Position numbers and translations under genes: made by a program
Assembly (NCBI GenBank): GCA_001782075.1
Contig: MFNO01000004.1
Coordinates: 1 to 60,856 of the forward strand
Reading direction: 5' to 3'
Source of the DNA: Candidatus Levybacteria bacterium RIFCSPHIGHO2_01_FULL_38_26
GTDB taxonomy: Bacteria; Patescibacteriota; Microgenomatia; Levybacterales; UBA12049
DNA: 60,856 nucleotides
Notes under the pieces: model-generated
The model's database searches: none
What the model saw: only the letters and a program-made list of their open reading frames with translations
Told to the model about the DNA's origin: nothing
Shown here: positions 60,220-60,856 of the stretch, piece after piece
Position numbering within the stretch: the first letter of the stretch is position 1
How the letters are laid out: every line of letters begins with the position of its first letter

Positions 60220-60714
60220 CTACACTGCTTGTCTTCGTAGTTTCAATCTTAGGGCGTTTTGGATTTCAGAAAGTCCTGTTTGGGGAGACACTTTTATTAT
60301 AGAACATAACACAACTAATTCTTTTCTTGATCCAGGTTGCCTTGCAAAAACAAGCACCTCTGATGGAAATCCTTCGCTTGAAGCTTTTCTCTCCACCGCT
60401 CTTTTAAGCCTCGGGTTATCTTCCTCCCAATCTTGTATTCTTGGCGGAACTACCAGGCCAAATATTTTCCTACGATAAAGGTTTAGGTTTAACCTTGGGT
60501 CGTTGCTAAATTCCAGAAGATCGCTTCTAGAAGGTTGGTTTGGGTTGGAAAAATATGCCACATATAACTTAGGAATTGCTTTGCCAAGATTAGGATCAAA
60601 TCGTCCGCTAATAGGGAATCTATTAATATTGCCTTCGATTCCTGATTCTAGAAACTGATTGACGTGATTTTGTTTTCTAATTAATTCATTGCTCCGGTTT
60701 TCATTTTCATTCAT
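60220..60714 (-). CDS. Hypothetical protein
   Basis: 164-aa ORF, TATAAT 6 nt before the ATG. Confidence 0.55.
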   Translation of the reverse strand: MNENENRSNELIRKQNHVNQFLESGIEGNINRFPISGRFDPNLGKAIPKLYVAYFSNPNQPSRSDLLEFSNDPRLNLNLYRRKIFGLVVPPRIQDWEEDNPRLKRAVERKASSEGFPSEVLVFARQPGSRKELVVLCSIIKVSPQTGLSEIQNALRLKLRRQAV

Positions 60715-60761
60715 GCCTGAATTATACCACCGATGGGCAAGTTTTATGTTAAAATAAATTT

Positions 60762-60856
60762 ATGCATTACGTTGCCGATCTTCATTTGCACTCCAAGTAT
60801 TCCCGCGCGGTTTCACAAAATATGATTCTGCCAGTGATGGCTGAGTGGGGGAGAAA
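60762..60856 (+). CDS. PHP-fold endonuclease Q family protein, 3'-partial
   Basis: MHYVADLHLHSKYSRAVS motif. Confidence 0.8.
   Translation, partial: MHYVADLHLHSKYSRAVSQNMILPVMAEWGR

Noticed and set aside
523-60478. Numerous 60-200 aa ORFs antisense to or overlapping long genes (e.g. 871-1473, 1448-1969, 23826-24269, 40507-40911, 57340-57780)
   Set aside because: Shadow frames of well-supported genes with no motifs or independent start signals

Overview
Core-genome window of an AT-rich bacterium using the standard genetic code. Gene content and order (rpoB-rpoC-rpsL-rpsG, archaeal-type UMP kinase and ATP-dependent DNA ligase, short ValRS, many orphans) point to a Patescibacteria/CPR Microgenomates-type genome; this is an inference. 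Housekeeping genes include valS, rplY, ruvCAB, rpoBC, rpsL/G, fusA, murI/D, trpS, ftsH, mutM, pyrH, recF and lig. Highlights read from the sequence: (1) a T-box leader with an ultrashort Stem I, upstream of a partial trp cluster (trpC-trpB-trpA-trpS) that carries a PfkB kinase and a HAD phosphatase where trpE/G/D/F would be, a candidate Trp salvage route; (2) a non-canonical initiator-type tRNA-Met split by a 195-nt ORF-less group I intron, flanked by a GIY-YIG gene and an HTH/LAGLIDADG-like gene that runs into a second tRNA(CAT); (3) several families of short palindromes and 7-8-mer tandem repeats inserted in frame in conserved genes and in leaders; (4) an ASCH-like domain inside ValRS; (5) many genes with a -10 box 6-7 nt before the start codon, suggesting leaderless mRNAs; (6) an ABC1 kinase flanked by two paralogous micro-membrane proteins, one absent from the ORF track. 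All calls are by motif recognition; no searches were run.
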